Positions 8,858-19,666 of a DNA stretch of 64,000 nucleotides are shown here, piece by piece (the stretch's first letter is position 1; each line of letters opens with the position of its first letter). The translations under genes were made by a program, and so were the position numbers. The notes beneath the pieces were generated by a model, which searched no databases, was not told the origin of the DNA, and worked only from the letters and a program-made list of their open reading frames with translations. The DNA lies in the NCBI GenBank assembly GCA_963768655.1, contig CAVYIM010000005.1, forward strand, positions 160,001 through 224,000, read 5' to 3'. The DNA comes from an uncultured Chloroflexia bacterium (GTDB lineage: Bacteria; Chloroflexota; Limnocylindria; Limnocylindrales; CSP1-4).

Positions 8858-11800
8858 ATGGAATCCAAGTTGGGGCAGACTGGAGGTCCGAGGGCCCAGG
8901 GTCTGTATGACCCCGCCTTCGAACACGACGCTTGCGGCTTCGGCTTCGTCGTGGACATCGCCGGCCGGCCCTCGCATGACATCGTCCGCGACGCTCTGAC
9001 CGTCCTCGTCAACCTCGAACATCGCGGCGCCACCGGCTCCGAGAAGAACACCGGCGACGGCGCCGGCCTGACGATCCAGATACCCCACCGCTTCCTGTTC
9101 GAGGTCGCGGCCAGGTCGGGCGTTCGGCTGCGCGGTCGAGGCGGCTACGGCGTGGGCATGGTCTTCCTGCCGCCTGACAAAGTCAGCCGCGTCGAGTGCT
9201 TCCGTCTGTTCGAGCGCGTCGTCGAGGAGGAGGGTCTCCACTTCCTCGGCTGGCGCGAGGTGCCCACGGACAACACCGGCCTCGGCGCGAGCGCGAAGGC
9301 CAGCCAGCCGCTCATCCGCCAGGTCTTCATCGACCGGCCGGAGGGAATGGTCGAGGACCTGGCTTTCGAGCGAAAGCTGTACATCGCCCGCCGCCTGGTC
9401 GAGAAGGCCGTTTCGCGTTCGGCCATCCCGCGCCGCGGCGACTTCTACATCCCCTCCCTGAGCTGCCGGACGATCGTCTACAAGGGCATGCTCAACGCCT
9501 CTCAGCTCCGAACCTTCTATCCGGATCTCCTGGACGAGCGCGTCGAGAGCGCGATCGCGATGGTCCACTCGCGCTTCTCCACGAACACGTTCCCTTCGTG
9601 GGCGCGGGCGCACCCGTACCGCTACATCTCGCACAACGGCGAGATCAACACCCTGCGCGGCAACGTCAACTGGATGCACGCCCGCCAGTCCCAGTTCAAT
9701 TCCAAGCTGTTCGGCGACGAGCTGACGAAAGCCCTGCCGGCCATCGACACCGAAGGGTCGGACTCGGCCATTCTCGACAACACCCTCGAGCTGCTCTACC
9801 TCTCCGGGCGCAGCCTCGCTCACGGCCTGATGATGATGGTGCCGGAGCCCTGGCAGCACCACGAGTCGATGGCACCCGAAAAGAAGGCCTTCTACGAGTT
9901 CCACGCTTGCCTGATGGAGCCGTGGGACGGGCCCGCCTCGATCGCCTTCACGGACGGCATCCGCATCGGCGCCACGCTGGACCGCAACGGCCTGCGGCCG
10001 GCCCGCTACTACGTAACCACCGACGGCCGCGTCGTCATGGCCTCCGAGGCCGGCGTGCTGGACATCCCGCCGGGTCAGATCGTGACCAAGGGTCGCCTGC
10101 AGCCGGGGCGCATGTTCCTTGTCGACACGGCCGAGCAGCGCATCGTCGCCGACGACGAGCTCAAGCATCGCGTCGCCACCGAGCACCCGTACGAGGAGTG
10201 GCTCCGCGACTGGCTGGTCAAGCTGACCGAGCTGCCGCCCCCGCCGCGCGTCATCGAGCCCGACCACGAAACGGTCCTGCGCCGCCAGGAGGTCTTCGGC
10301 TACACGGCCGAGGACGTCCGCATCCTGATCAACCCCATGGCCGCCACCGGCACCGAACCGGTCGGCGCCATGGGCAACGACGCCGCGCTGGCGGTGTTAT
10401 CAGAGCGGCCGCAGCTCCTCTACTCGTACTTCAAGCAGCTCTTCGCCCAGGTCACGAACCCGCCCATCGACGCCATCCGCGAAGAGATCATCATGGCCAC
10501 AGAGATGGCGATCGGGCCCGAGGGCAACCTCCTCGAGCCGGATGCGCCGGCCGCCCACCAGCTCGAGATTCCGTCGCCCGTTCTCTCGAATGAAGAGCTC
10601 GAGAAGATCCGGCACCTCTCCACGGGCGATCCGCACGGCTTCAAGACGATCACCCTGCCGATCCTCTATCGGGTCGGCGACGGCGGCGCCGGGCTCCGCA
10701 AGGCGATCGAGGCGCTCCGCGACCGCGCCTCCGAGGCGATCGCCGAGGGTCACAACATCATCATCCTGTCGGACCGCGGCCACGACGCCGACGAAGCCCC
10801 GATCCCGGCACTTCTCGCCGCCTCGGCCATCCACCATCACCTAGTCCGGGCCGGCACCCGCACTCTCGCCGGCCTTGTCCTCGAATCCGGCGAGCCGCGC
10901 GAGGTCCACCACTTCGCCCTGCTGCTCGGCTACGGCGCCAGCGCCGTCAACCCGTACCTCGCCTTCGAGACCGTCCACGACCAGGTCCGCCTGGGCATGA
11001 TCGCGGGCTCGGCCGAGCTGGCCGAGAAGAAGTACCGCAAGGCCATCGCCAAGGGTATCGTCAAGGTCATCTCCAAGATGGGCATTAGCACCATCCAGAG
11101 CTACCACGGCGCCCAAGTGTTCGAGGCGATGGGGCTCAACCAGGACTTCGTCGACGAGTACTTCACCGGGACGCCGACTCGCATCGGCGGCGTCGGCATC
11201 GACGTCATCGCGCGCGAAGTGAAGATGCGCCAGGACCGCGCCTATCCGCCCAAGCGCCCGGTCTACCACAAGCAGCTGGGCACCGGCGGCAACGTCCAGT
11301 TCCGGGTCGACGGGGAGCATCACCTCTTCAACCCGCTCTCGATCGCGCAGCTCCAGTACGCCGCACGGAGCGGCAACTACGCGGCGTTCCGGGAGTACTC
11401 CAAGCTGATCGACGACCAGTCTGAGGGGCTGTGCACTCTGCGCGGCCTGATGGACTTCAGGCCGAATCACCGTCATCCGCTCAGCGTCGACGACGTGGAG
11501 CCGGTCGAGTCGATCGTACGCCGCTTCAAGACGGGCGCGATGAGCTACGGCTCGATCTCGCGCGAGGCCCACGAGGCGCTGGCCATCGCCATGAACCGCC
11601 TCGGCGCCAAGTCGAACACCGGCGAGGGCGGCGAGGATCCGGCCCGCTTCGAGCTGCTGCCCAACGGCGACTCGCTCAAGAGCGCCATCAAGCAGGTCGC
11701 CTCGGGCCGATTCGGCGTCACCAGCGAGTACCTGGTCAGCGCCCGCGAGATCCAGATCAAGATGGCCCAGGGCGCCAAGCCCGGCGAGGGCGGCCAGCTG

Positions 11801-13501
11801 CCCGGTCACAAGGTTTACCCCTGGATCGCCAAGGTCCGCCATTCCACGCCGGGAGTGGGCCTCATCAGCCCGCCACCGCACCACGACATCTACTCCATCG
11901 AGGACCTGGCCGAGCTGATCCACGACCTCAAGAACGCCAACCCCGACGCCCGAATCTCCGTGAAGCTCGTGTCAGAAGTGGGCGTGGGCACGATCGCGGC
12001 CGGCGTCGCCAAGGCGCACGCGGACGTCATCCTGATCAGCGGCCACGACGGCGGCACCGGGGCCTCGCCGCTTTCATCGATCAAGCACGCGGGCCTGCCA
12101 TGGGAGCTCGGCATCGCCGAGACGAACCAGGTCCTGCTCGTCAACGACCTGCGCTCGCGCGTGGCGATCGAAGTAGACGGGCAGATGAAGACCGGCCGCG
12201 ACGTGGTCGTCGGCGCGCTGCTCGGAGCCGAGGAGTTCGGCTTCTCCACGGCGCCGCTGGTCACGCTGGGCTGCGTGATGATGCGCGTCTGCCATCTCAA
12301 CACGTGCCCCGTCGGCATCGCCACGCAGGATCCCGAGCTGCGCAAGCGCTTCAGCGGCGATCCGCAGTACGTGGTCAACTTCATGACCTTCGTGGCCCAC
12401 GAAGTCCGCGAGTACATGGCCACGCTGGGCTTCCGGACCTTCGAGGAGATGGTCGGCCATTCCGAGCGCCTGGAGATGCGCCGGGCGATCGACCACTGGA
12501 AGGCGCACAGCCTGGACTTCAGCCGGATCCTGTACCAGCCGCAGGTGCCCAAGACGACCGGCCGGACGTGCCAGATCACCCAGGAACACAAGATCGAGCT
12601 GTCGCTCGACTCCACTACGCTCATCCCGCTCTGCAGGCCGGCGCTGGAGCGCGGCGAGAAGGTCGAGGCGGACCTGCCGGTCCACAACACCAATCGCGTC
12701 GTGGCCACGTCTCTCGGCTCCGAGGTGACCCGCCGCTACGGGGCCGCCGGCCTCCCCGAGGACACGATCAAGCTCCATTTCCGTGGCTCGGCCGGCCAGA
12801 GCTTCGGGGCGTTCGTGCCGAAGGGCATCACCCTCACCCTGGAGGGCGACGCCAACGACTACCTGGGCAAGGGTCTTTCGGGCGGCAAGATCGTCCTGTT
12901 TCCGCCGCGCGAGGCCACCTTCGTGGCGGAGGAGAACGTCATCAGCGGCAACGTCGCCCTCTACGGCGCCACGTCCGGCGAGGCCTACATCCGCGGCATC
13001 GCCGGCGAGCGGTTCGGCGTCCGCAACTCCGGCGTCAGCGCCGTGGTGGAGGGCGTCGGCGACCACGGCTGCGAGTACATGACCGGCGGCCGTGTCATCG
13101 TCATCGGCAAGACGGGCCGCAACTTTGCCGCGGGCATGTCCGGCGGCATCGCCTACGTTCTGGACGAAAGCGGCGAGGGCGGGGCCGCCGGCGGCGGCTT
13201 CGAGCGAGTCTGCAACAAGGAGATGGTCCAACTCTTCCCGCTGTCGGACCCCGTAGAGATCGCCGAGATCCGCCGCCTGCTGGAGCGGCACGTCGACTAC
13301 ACCGCCAGCCCGCGAGCCCGAGCCCTGCTCGGCGAATGGGACACGACGGTCAGCCGGTTCATCCGCGTCGTCCCGAACGACTATCGCCGCGTCATCGAGG
13401 CCCAGGCAAGGATGCGCGAAAAGGGCCTCTCGGAGGAGGAGGCCGAGATGGCCGCCTTCGACGAGAACGTCATGGACGCGCGCCGGGTGGCGGGCAACTG
13501 A
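8858..13501 (+). CDS. gltB: glutamate synthase large subunit
   Basis: EHDACGFG Ntn cysteine, [27 protein letters not shown], 3Fe-4[19 protein letters not shown] domain. Confidence 0.98.
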   Translation: MESKLGQTGGPRAQGLYDPAFEHDACGFGFVVDIAGRPSHDIVRDALTVLVNLEHRGATGSEKNTGDGAGLTIQIPHRFLFEVAARSGVRLRGRGGYGVGMVFLPPDKVSRVECFRLFERVVEEEGLHFLGWREVPTDNTGLGASAKASQPLIRQVFIDRPEGMVEDLAFERKLYIARRLVEKAVSRSAIPRRGDFYIPSLSCRTIVYKGMLNASQLRTFYPDLLDERVESAIAMVHSRFSTNTFPSWARAHPYRYISHNGEINTLRGNVNWMHARQSQFNSKLFGDELTKALPAIDTEGSDSAILDNTLELLYLSGRSLAHGLMMMVPEPWQHHESMAPEKKAFYEFHACLMEPWDGPASIAFTDGIRIGATLDRNGLRPARYYVTTDGRVVMASEAGVLDIPPGQIVTKGRLQPGRMFLVDTAEQRIVADDELKHRVATEHPYEEWLRDWLVKLTELPPPPRVIEPDHETVLRRQEVFGYTAEDVRILINPMAATGTEPVGAMGNDAALAVLSERPQLLYSYFKQLFAQVTNPPIDAIREEIIMATEMAIGPEGNLLEPDAPAAHQLEIPSPVLSNEELEKIRHLSTGDPHGFKTITLPILYRVGDGGAGLRKAIEALRDRASEAIAEGHNIIILSDRGHDADEAPIPALLAASAIHHHLVRAGTRTLAGLVLESGEPREVHHFALLLGYGASAVNPYLAFETVHDQVRLGMIAGSAELAEKKYRKAIAKGIVKVISKMGISTIQSYHGAQVFEAMGLNQDFVDEYFTGTPTRIGGVGIDVIAREVKMRQDRAYPPKRPVYHKQLGTGGNVQFRVDGEHHLFNPLSIAQLQYAARSGNYAAFREYSKLIDDQSEGLCTLRGLMDFRPNHRHPLSVDDVEPVESIVRRFKTGAMSYGSISREAHEALAIAMNRLGAKSNTGEGGEDPARFELLPNGDSLKSAIKQVASGRFGVTSEYLVSAREIQIKMAQGAKPGEGGQLPGHKVYPWIAKVRHSTPGVGLISPPPHHDIYSIEDLAELIHDLKNANPDARISVKLVSEVGVGTIAAGVAKAHADVILISGHDGGTGASPLSSIKHAGLPWELGIAETNQVLLVNDLRSRVAIEVDGQMKTGRDVVVGALLGAEEFGFSTAPLVTLGCVMMRVCHLNTCPVGIATQDPELRKRFSGDPQYVVNFMTFVAHEVREYMATLGFRTFEEMVGHSERLEMRRAIDHWKAHSLDFSRILYQPQVPKTTGRTCQITQEHKIELSLDSTTLIPLCRPALERGEKVEADLPVHNTNRVVATSLGSEVTRRYGAAGLPEDTIKLHFRGSAGQSFGAFVPKGITLTLEGDANDYLGKGLSGGKIVLFPPREATFVAEENVISGNVALYGATSGEAYIRGIAGERFGVRNSGVSAVVEGVGDHGCEYMTGGRVIVIGKTGRNFAAGMSGGIAYVLDESGEGGAAGGGFERVCNKEMVQLFPLSDPVEIAEIRRLLERHVDYTASPRARALLGEWDTTVSRFIRVVPNDYRRVIEAQARMREKGLSEEEAEMAAFDENVMDARRVAGN

Positions 13502-13503
13502 CG

Positions 13504-14982
13504 ATGGGCAAGCCGACCGGGTTCATGGAGTTCGAGCGGGAGCCGGCCCACGTTCGGCCGCCGCTGGAGCGGGTCAAGGACTGGAGCGAGACCCACCCGG
13601 AGTATGCCGAGAAGACCCTCCGCGATCAGGGCGCCCGCTGCATGGACTGCGGCATCCCCTACTGCCACACCGGGGCGCTTGTCAACGGCCTGGCCCTCGG
13701 CTGCCCGGTCAGCAACTTGATCCCGGAATGGAACGACCTGGTCTATCGCGGCCAGTGGCGCGAGGCGATCATCCGCCTCCACAAGACCAACAACTTCCCC
13801 GAGTTCACCGGACGCGTCTGCCCGGCTCCGTGCGAGGGCTCGTGCACGCTCGGCATCAACCAGCCGCCGGTGACGATCAAGACCATCGAGGCCGAGATCA
13901 TCGAGCGGGCGTTCCGCGAGGGCTGGGTCGCGGCCGAGCCGCCGCTCGCCCGCACGGGCTTTCGAGTGGCGGTCGTCGGCAGCGGACCGGCCGGCCTCGC
14001 CGCCGCGGCGCAGCTGAATCGGGCCGGCCACGAGGTCACGGTCTACGAGCGCGACGACCGCGTCGGCGGCCTGCTCACGTACGGCATCCCGAACATGAAG
14101 CTGGACAAGGCCGTCATCGACCGGCGCGTCAAGCTGCTCGCCGAAGAGGGCATCGAGTTCGTCACCGGCGTGGCCGTCGGCAAGGACGTGGCGGCCGAGA
14201 AGCTCGCATCCGACTTCGGCGCCGTCGTCCTGGCGACCGGATCCACGGTGCCGCGCGATCTGCGGGTCGAGGGCCGCGAGCTCGATGGCGTGCACTTCGC
14301 CATGGACTTCCTGGTCGGAAACACGAAGAGCCTGCTGGGTGGAGCGGCCCCGCCGATTTCCGCCGCCGGCAAGAACGTGATCGTCATCGGCGGCGGCGAC
14401 ACCGGCACCGACTGCGTCGGCACGGCCATCCGCCAGCGAGCGAAGAGCGTCACCCAGCTGGAGATCCTGCCCCGTCCTCCGGAGACGCGAGCCGCGGACA
14501 ACCCATGGCCGCAGTGGCCCAAGGTCTACAAGATGGACTACGGCCAGGAAGAGGCCGCCGCCCTGTGGGGCGCCGACCCTCGCCGCTACCTCATCAACAC
14601 GCGCCGCCTGATCGGCGATGAGTCGGGCCGCGTCACGGCCATCGAGACGGTCGAGATCGAGTGGACGCACGGCGCGGGCGGCCGGCCGGAGATGTGTGAG
14701 TGCGAAGGCACCGAGAAGGTGCTCGAAGCCGACCTGGTCCTGATCGCCATGGGCTTCGTAGGCCCGGCGCCCGAGCTGCCGGCCGCCTTCGGCTGCAAGC
14801 TGGACCACCGCGGCAACATCGTCCACGACGACGACATGATGACCACGGCCCCGGGCGTCTTTGCCGCCGGGGACTGCTCGCGCGGCCAATCGCTGGTCGT
14901 GTGGGCGATCCACGAGGGCCGCCTTGCCGCCCGCGGCGTCGATCGGTTCCTGATGTTCGGCGAGACGGTCCTACCGGGCTAG
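13504..14982 (+). CDS. gltD: glutamate synthase small subunit
   Basis: MGKPTGF, RCMDCGIPYC, GRVCPAPCE, GSGPAG, GGGDTG, GQSLVVWAI; immediately after gltB. Confidence 0.97.
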   Translation: MGKPTGFMEFEREPAHVRPPLERVKDWSETHPEYAEKTLRDQGARCMDCGIPYCHTGALVNGLALGCPVSNLIPEWNDLVYRGQWREAIIRLHKTNNFPEFTGRVCPAPCEGSCTLGINQPPVTIKTIEAEIIERAFREGWVAAEPPLARTGFRVAVVGSGPAGLAAAAQLNRAGHEVTVYERDDRVGGLLTYGIPNMKLDKAVIDRRVKLLAEEGIEFVTGVAVGKDVAAEKLASDFGAVVLATGSTVPRDLRVEGRELDGVHFAMDFLVGNTKSLLGGAAPPISAAGKNVIVIGGGDTGTDCVGTAIRQRAKSVTQLEILPRPPETRAADNPWPQWPKVYKMDYGQEEAAALWGADPRRYLINTRRLIGDESGRVTAIETVEIEWTHGAGGRPEMCECEGTEKVLEADLVLIAMGFVGPAPELPAAFGCKLDHRGNIVHDDDMMTTAPGVFAAGDCSRGQSLVVWAIHEGRLAARGVDRFLMFGETVLPG

Positions 14983-16473
14983 CCGGTCGGCCCGGACGAT
15001 GGCGCGGGGGCGATCGAGCCGCTTGCCGTCGGGTCCACCGAGAAGAGGTCGAGCGAGGTCCCATCGGAGGATTCGAGGGCGAGCATTCGGCCGTCGGGCG
15101 ACCACCACCGCTGCTGCAGCGCCGAGACCGCCGGGCCGGTCGCCTGGTCCGCGTCGACGACGAGGCCGGCGGACGAGAGGTCGAGCAAGACCTTGCCGTC
15201 CGCACCCGCGATCCGCAGGACCCGACCGCTGGTGTCGACGTCGACCGAGGGACCCGCGGACGAAGGGATGGACCAGTCGAGGGTGATGCCTCCGTAGGCC
15301 GGAATCACGGCGGTGGCGCCGATGAGCGCCAGGCTGCCGTCCGAAGTCAGGCAGTAGACGTGGTCGTCGTCGGCCCAGCCAAGAAGTCGGGCGCCGGGCA
15401 CGGTCTTCATCTGCCCGGTGGCGATGTCCAGGATCTCCAGATCCGCGTCCGATTGGGCGGCGAGCATAGTCGCCGACTGGTTGAACGCCATCTCGCCGCG
15501 GACGTTCGGGGCGGTCGCCAGGATACGGCCAGACGCGAAGTCGACCACGTCCACGCGGCCCTTCCAGCCGTGCACCTCGGCGTCCTGACTGCCGCAGTCG
15601 AGATGGCCGAGCAGGACCAGCTTCCCGTCCGGCGACCAGCCGTACGGCGTGGCTTTCTCGCCGACCTTCACGTACTGCCCGTTCTCGTACCAGTCGATCA
15701 GTGGATCGCCCGTGCACCCGGGCACGGCCACGATGATCGCTGCCGCTCCGTGACCGCTGCCGACCACCCACGAGTTGGAGGTTGGCCCGCCGGTATAGGG
15801 TTCATCGATGCTGGTCACGTGGCCGTCGCCGGAGATGAGGTGGGTCGCGTCCAGCCAGCCTTCGAACTGCCCGTAGGCTGAGACCTGTTTGCCGGATCGG
15901 TCGTAGACGACGCTTCCCGAATTCGTCCGAGACGAGCAGGTGCTGGTCGTCGGGCGACCATTCGAAGCTCGCATATTGCCCGAGCGGCAGCCGCGCCACT
16001 AGCCCCGTGCCCGGCGGCGTGCCCTGCGGCGTCGAGCCCGCCGTCGAGCCCGCCGGAGAGCTCGACGCGGGGCGCGTGGCGGCGCCGCGCAGCGTCACAA
16101 GCCCCGCCGTCGCCACGACCGCGACCAGGATCGCGACCATTGCCGTCGGGATTGCCGCGCGCCTGCTCACGCCGCGGCCGGTGGATCGGACGACCGCGGC
16201 GGGCCGGCCGAGCCGGACGCGCGCAGTCCCTTCGGGCATTCGCACGCCTCGATTTAGCGGCCGGTCGGCCCAGGCGCCGCCGAGGATACCTTCAGTCCGG
16301 CGGAAGCCAGCGAGCAGACTTCGGCAGCGCCGGCAGTCCTGCAGGTGGTCGAGCTCGGCCGGGCTGGCAACCGCGCCGGCCTCCGCGATCGCGTCCAGGC
16401 GCCGTTCATCGATGTGCCCCCGGCGCATGATCCCCGCCAGACGTCCGCTCAGCGCGCCCATCACTCTGTTCAT
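14979..16473 (-). CDS. putative zinc-finger anti-sigma factor with extracytoplasmic beta-propeller (apparent +1 frameshift at ~15921)
   Basis: HLQDCRRC (ZAS HxxxCxxC), TM, WSPDD/WSPDG repeats; ORFs 15802..16473 and 14979..15974 fuse on removing one base from CGAATTCGG. Confidence 0.75.
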
Positions 16474-16991
16474 CGCGGATTCCTCCCGCTCTGCCCCGCG
16501 ATCGGCTCTTCCGCCGCGAGCACGCGAGCCAGCTTGCGTCGGGCCCGCCAGACGCTCGAGTAGACCGTTCCGCTGGCAACGCCCATCACTTCGGCGGCTT
16601 CGTCCTGGCGGTAGCCCAGGCCGTAGACCAGCGTCACCGCCAGGCGCTCCCGTTCCGGCAGCCCGGCTATGGCGGCGGCCACGTCGACGTCCGGGAAGTC
16701 CGCCGCGGGCAGGCGCTCGATGTGCTCAACGTCCAGGTCGGCGATGCGCCGCCCGCGAGCGCAGCAGGCCCCACGAACGGCCATGCGGCGGACCCACGCC
16801 CGCAGCTTGTCCGGGTCGCGCAGCTGGTGGAGGTGGCGGCGGGCTTGGAGGAGCGCCTCCTGAGCCACGTCCTCGGCGTCGGGACCCGCGCCCAGGGCGC
16901 GCGCCAGGGCCGCGAGCTCGCCGAACAGCGCCCCGTACTGCGAGTCGAAACCCTCCAGGTCGATCATCTCCCCCGCAATGACGGCTTCCAC
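16470..16991 (-). CDS. ECF RNA polymerase sigma factor
   Basis: AEDVAQEA, LRAWV, LPERERLAVTL, EAAEVMGVASGTVYS..RAR; overlaps anti-sigma start. Confidence 0.9.
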   Translation of the reverse strand: MEAVIAGEMIDLEGFDSQYGALFGELAALARALGAGPDAEDVAQEALLQARRHLHQLRDPDKLRAWVRRMAVRGACCARGRRIADLDVEHIERLPAADFPDVDVAAAIAGLPERERLAVTLVYGLGYRQDEAAEVMGVASGTVYSSVWRARRKLARVLAAEEPIAGQSGRNPR

Positions 16992-17334
16992 ACCCCTCTA
17001 GTGTGCGGCAAGCGGCTCGAGCCTTTACACACAAGGTGACCTGGGGCGGCGCGCCTTCGTCGTCCGATGTGCTCGTACAGACCCGAACGTCGCAGCAGAG
17101 GCAACTCCCGGCACGCCACGCGGGACATTTATCACTAATCAGGTTGATATCGGCAGCGGGCGGCATATCAGGCACCTAGACACGCCCGGGCTCATGCCTG
17201 TCACCGATCCCGATCGATTGGAGACCTGGTGGATCTGGCCCGAAAGCTCGATGGCGGCCGACCGTGGCTCGCCACGCCTTGTGTCAACGAGAGCTCTGCG
17301 GAAGTCGCAGAGGCACCCAAGGACAGGAAGCGCA

Positions 17335-17778
17335 ATGCCTGACTACAAGCGAACCGCTCATCTACTCCCATCCAGGATCATCCTGCTCGCCGCAACCATC
17401 GGGACGGTCGTCGCCCTGGTCGGTACCGCGGCGACGGCGGCGGCCATCTCCGCGGGGCCGACCATCACTTCCGCGCTCCAGCCGGGTCAGACCGACTCCA
17501 ACATCGGGCCTGCCAATGTCGGCCTTTCGGCCTTCGCTGCGCCGCTGGGGGCGCCTGCCCTCGGGCCGGCCGAGGCACCCCAGCCGGGCCAGTCCTACTC
17601 CGCGGTCGCGTCTGAGAACGTCGTCGTTTCGGTCGGAGGGCCGACTGAGGCACTCCAGCCGGGTCAGACGGACTCCGCCGCCGCGACTGGAAACGGTAGC
17701 GTCCCGGTCTTCGCAGCCGTCGTTACACCTGCCTCCGGGCCGTCCGAGGCGCCCCAGCCGGGTCAGACGGGCTCGTAA
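17335..17778 (+). CDS. secreted protein with four GP-x-EA-x-QPGQ(T/S)-x-S repeats
   Basis: Signal peptide (..VGTAATAAA), four internal repeats, followed by terminator. Confidence 0.75.
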   Translation: MPDYKRTAHLLPSRIILLAATIGTVVALVGTAATAAAISAGPTITSALQPGQTDSNIGPANVGLSAFAAPLGAPALGPAEAPQPGQSYSAVASENVVVSVGGPTEALQPGQTDSAAATGNGSVPVFAAVVTPASGPSEAPQPGQTGS

Positions 17779-17795
17779 CCGAAAAGCGAACTGAG

Positions 17796-17822
17796 AAAGG
17801 CCCCGGACATACGGGGCCTTTC
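17796..17822 (+). terminator. intrinsic terminator
   Basis: aaaggccccg-gacata-cggggcctttt right after the stop codon. Confidence 0.8.
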
Positions 17823-18011
17823 CTTGTCGCCCGATCTGGTCGATGGCCGGCGCCGGCAGCGCACGTCTCCAACTACTGCCTGAACAGCGTCGGAACTGCT
17901 TGAAGAGCGCCGGCCGGGCGCCGGCCCATCGCCACTCGCGCCCTGTGCCGGCGCGCCGCGCCGCCGGCGCGACCCCTTTCCATCGCCCGCTCCGCGGCCT
18001 ACCGTTGCGGC

Positions 18012-18644
18012 ATGCCCGCCAGCGACGCCGAAACGGAGAGAATCCGGCGGATCTACGACAGGCGATCCGCCTCCTCGCGCTCGAACGGCCGTGACGCCGG
18101 CTGCGAGTGGCTGTGCGCGAAGGCCGACGGCGAGACTCTCGAGATCGGCATCGGACGAGGGCGAACCCTGTCGTTCTATCCTCGCAACATACGCCTGACG
18201 GGGATCGAGCTGAGCAGCGTGGCCGTGAACCTCGCCGAACGGCGCGCCCGCGAGCTGGGACTCGACGTGACGCTCCGCCAGAGTGACGCCACGGCGCTCC
18301 CCTTCCCCGACGAGCATTTCGACACCGTGGTCTTCTGCTACGCGCTGTGCTCGATCCCCGACGATCGCACGGCCGTTGCCGAAGCCGCGCGCGTCCTTCG
18401 CCCGGGAGGCCGGCTGCTGCTGATCGAGCACGTCCGGAGCCCGAACCGGATCGTCCGGACGATCGAACGCCTCATCGAGCCGATAGAGGTGCGACGCATG
18501 GGCGACCACCTGCTACGAGAGCCGCTGGATCACGTCCTGGCCGAGGGTCTGGAGGTGGAGGAACTCGAGCGCAGCTGGTTGGGCGTAATCGAGCGGCTGG
18601 TCGCCCTCAAGCCAGACAGCGAAGAGCTCGCCGAGGCGGTCTGA
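18012..18644 (+). CDS. class I SAM-dependent methyltransferase
   Basis: LEIGIGRG, GIELS, DATALPFPDEHFDTV, RVLRPGG. Confidence 0.9.
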   Translation: MPASDAETERIRRIYDRRSASSRSNGRDAGCEWLCAKADGETLEIGIGRGRTLSFYPRNIRLTGIELSSVAVNLAERRARELGLDVTLRQSDATALPFPDEHFDTVVFCYALCSIPDDRTAVAEAARVLRPGGRLLLIEHVRSPNRIVRTIERLIEPIEVRRMGDHLLREPLDHVLAEGLEVEELERSWLGVIERLVALKPDSEELAEAV

Positions 18645-18654
18645 GCAGCGGAAT

Positions 18655-19602
18655 ATGGCCCGCCCGAACGTCAGCCCACCCTCCGAAGCGGCGGACCGTG
18701 CCAGCCTCCGTCGACGCAGGCCGCCTCGCGAGTCCATCGATTGGGCGCTCCGAAACTGCGAGCCCTCCGGGCGCGTGTCGTCCGTGATCCCTCTGCGGGG
18801 AGGCATCTCCCACGCCAACCACCTGATCCGCATCGACGCCAGCGGATCCGTTCGCGAAGTTGTGCTCCGGCGCTGGGTCCGGGACGAGTGGCGGACGGAC
18901 GACCCGGAGTTCTCGCCGGCGCAGGAGGTCGCCACCTACGATCTCCTGTCGTCGTCGCCGGTGCCGGCGCCGCGCCTCATCGCCGCCGACGTGGCGGGCG
19001 GTGAGTGCGACGTCCCCGCGATCCTGATCACCCGCGCCCCGGGCGCGCGGCTGACCAGGCCGCCCGACATGCGCTTCTTCCTGGCGCAGCTCGCCCAGGC
19101 CCTGCCGCTCGTCCATGGCATCGATCCGGCTCGGGCACGGGTAACCGTGCCCCCGTATCGGCCCTACTACGAGCGCGAGCGACTCTCTCGCCCCGACTGG
19201 ACTCGCATGCCCGCCGCGTGGGATCGGGCGATCGCGCTCGCGATCGGTCCCGAGCCGGCCGAGCCCGCCGCGTTCATCCACCGCGACTACCACCCGGGCA
19301 ACACGCTCTGGGCGTCGGGCCGGCTGAGCGCTATCGTCGACTGGACGACCGCCTCGTGGGGATCCCGCGGCGTCGATCTCGCCCACATGCGAGCCAATCT
19401 CGCGCTGGCATTCTCCGTCGAGGCGGCGGACGCCTTCCTCGACGCCTACCGGGCGGTCGTCGGTGCCGCGTATCGGCTCGATCCCTGGTGGGATCTGCGC
19501 ATGGCGGTCGACTTCCTGCCGGACCTGGGTTATGGCGGCTGGTCGGCGGCGGAGCTCGGCCGGCTCGATCGCTTCGTCGCCCGGGCCGTGGCGGCGCTCT
19601 GA
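18655..19602 (+). CDS. aminoglycoside phosphotransferase (APH) family kinase
   Basis: GGISH, VLRR, Brenner motif HRDYHPGN, IVDW. Confidence 0.88.
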   Translation: MARPNVSPPSEAADRASLRRRRPPRESIDWALRNCEPSGRVSSVIPLRGGISHANHLIRIDASGSVREVVLRRWVRDEWRTDDPEFSPAQEVATYDLLSSSPVPAPRLIAADVAGGECDVPAILITRAPGARLTRPPDMRFFLAQLAQALPLVHGIDPARARVTVPPYRPYYERERLSRPDWTRMPAAWDRAIALAIGPEPAEPAAFIHRDYHPGNTLWASGRLSAIVDWTTASWGSRGVDLAHMRANLALAFSVEAADAFLDAYRAVVGAAYRLDPWWDLRMAVDFLPDLGYGGWSAAELGRLDRFVARAVAAL

Positions 19603-19655
19603 GCCGCGGCGTGGTGGCGCCCTGAGCCGCGGCGTGGTGGCGCCCTGAGCCGCGG
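19587..19655. repeat. 23-bp tandem repeat ~x3 spanning the APH stop codon
   Basis: ctgagccgcgg at 19599, 19622, 19645. Confidence 0.85.
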
Positions 19656-19666
19656 TGCCGCCCGCC

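Noticed and set aside
18655-19602. Aminoglycoside resistance gene
   Set aside because: APH-fold motifs alone do not specify an antibiotic substrate.
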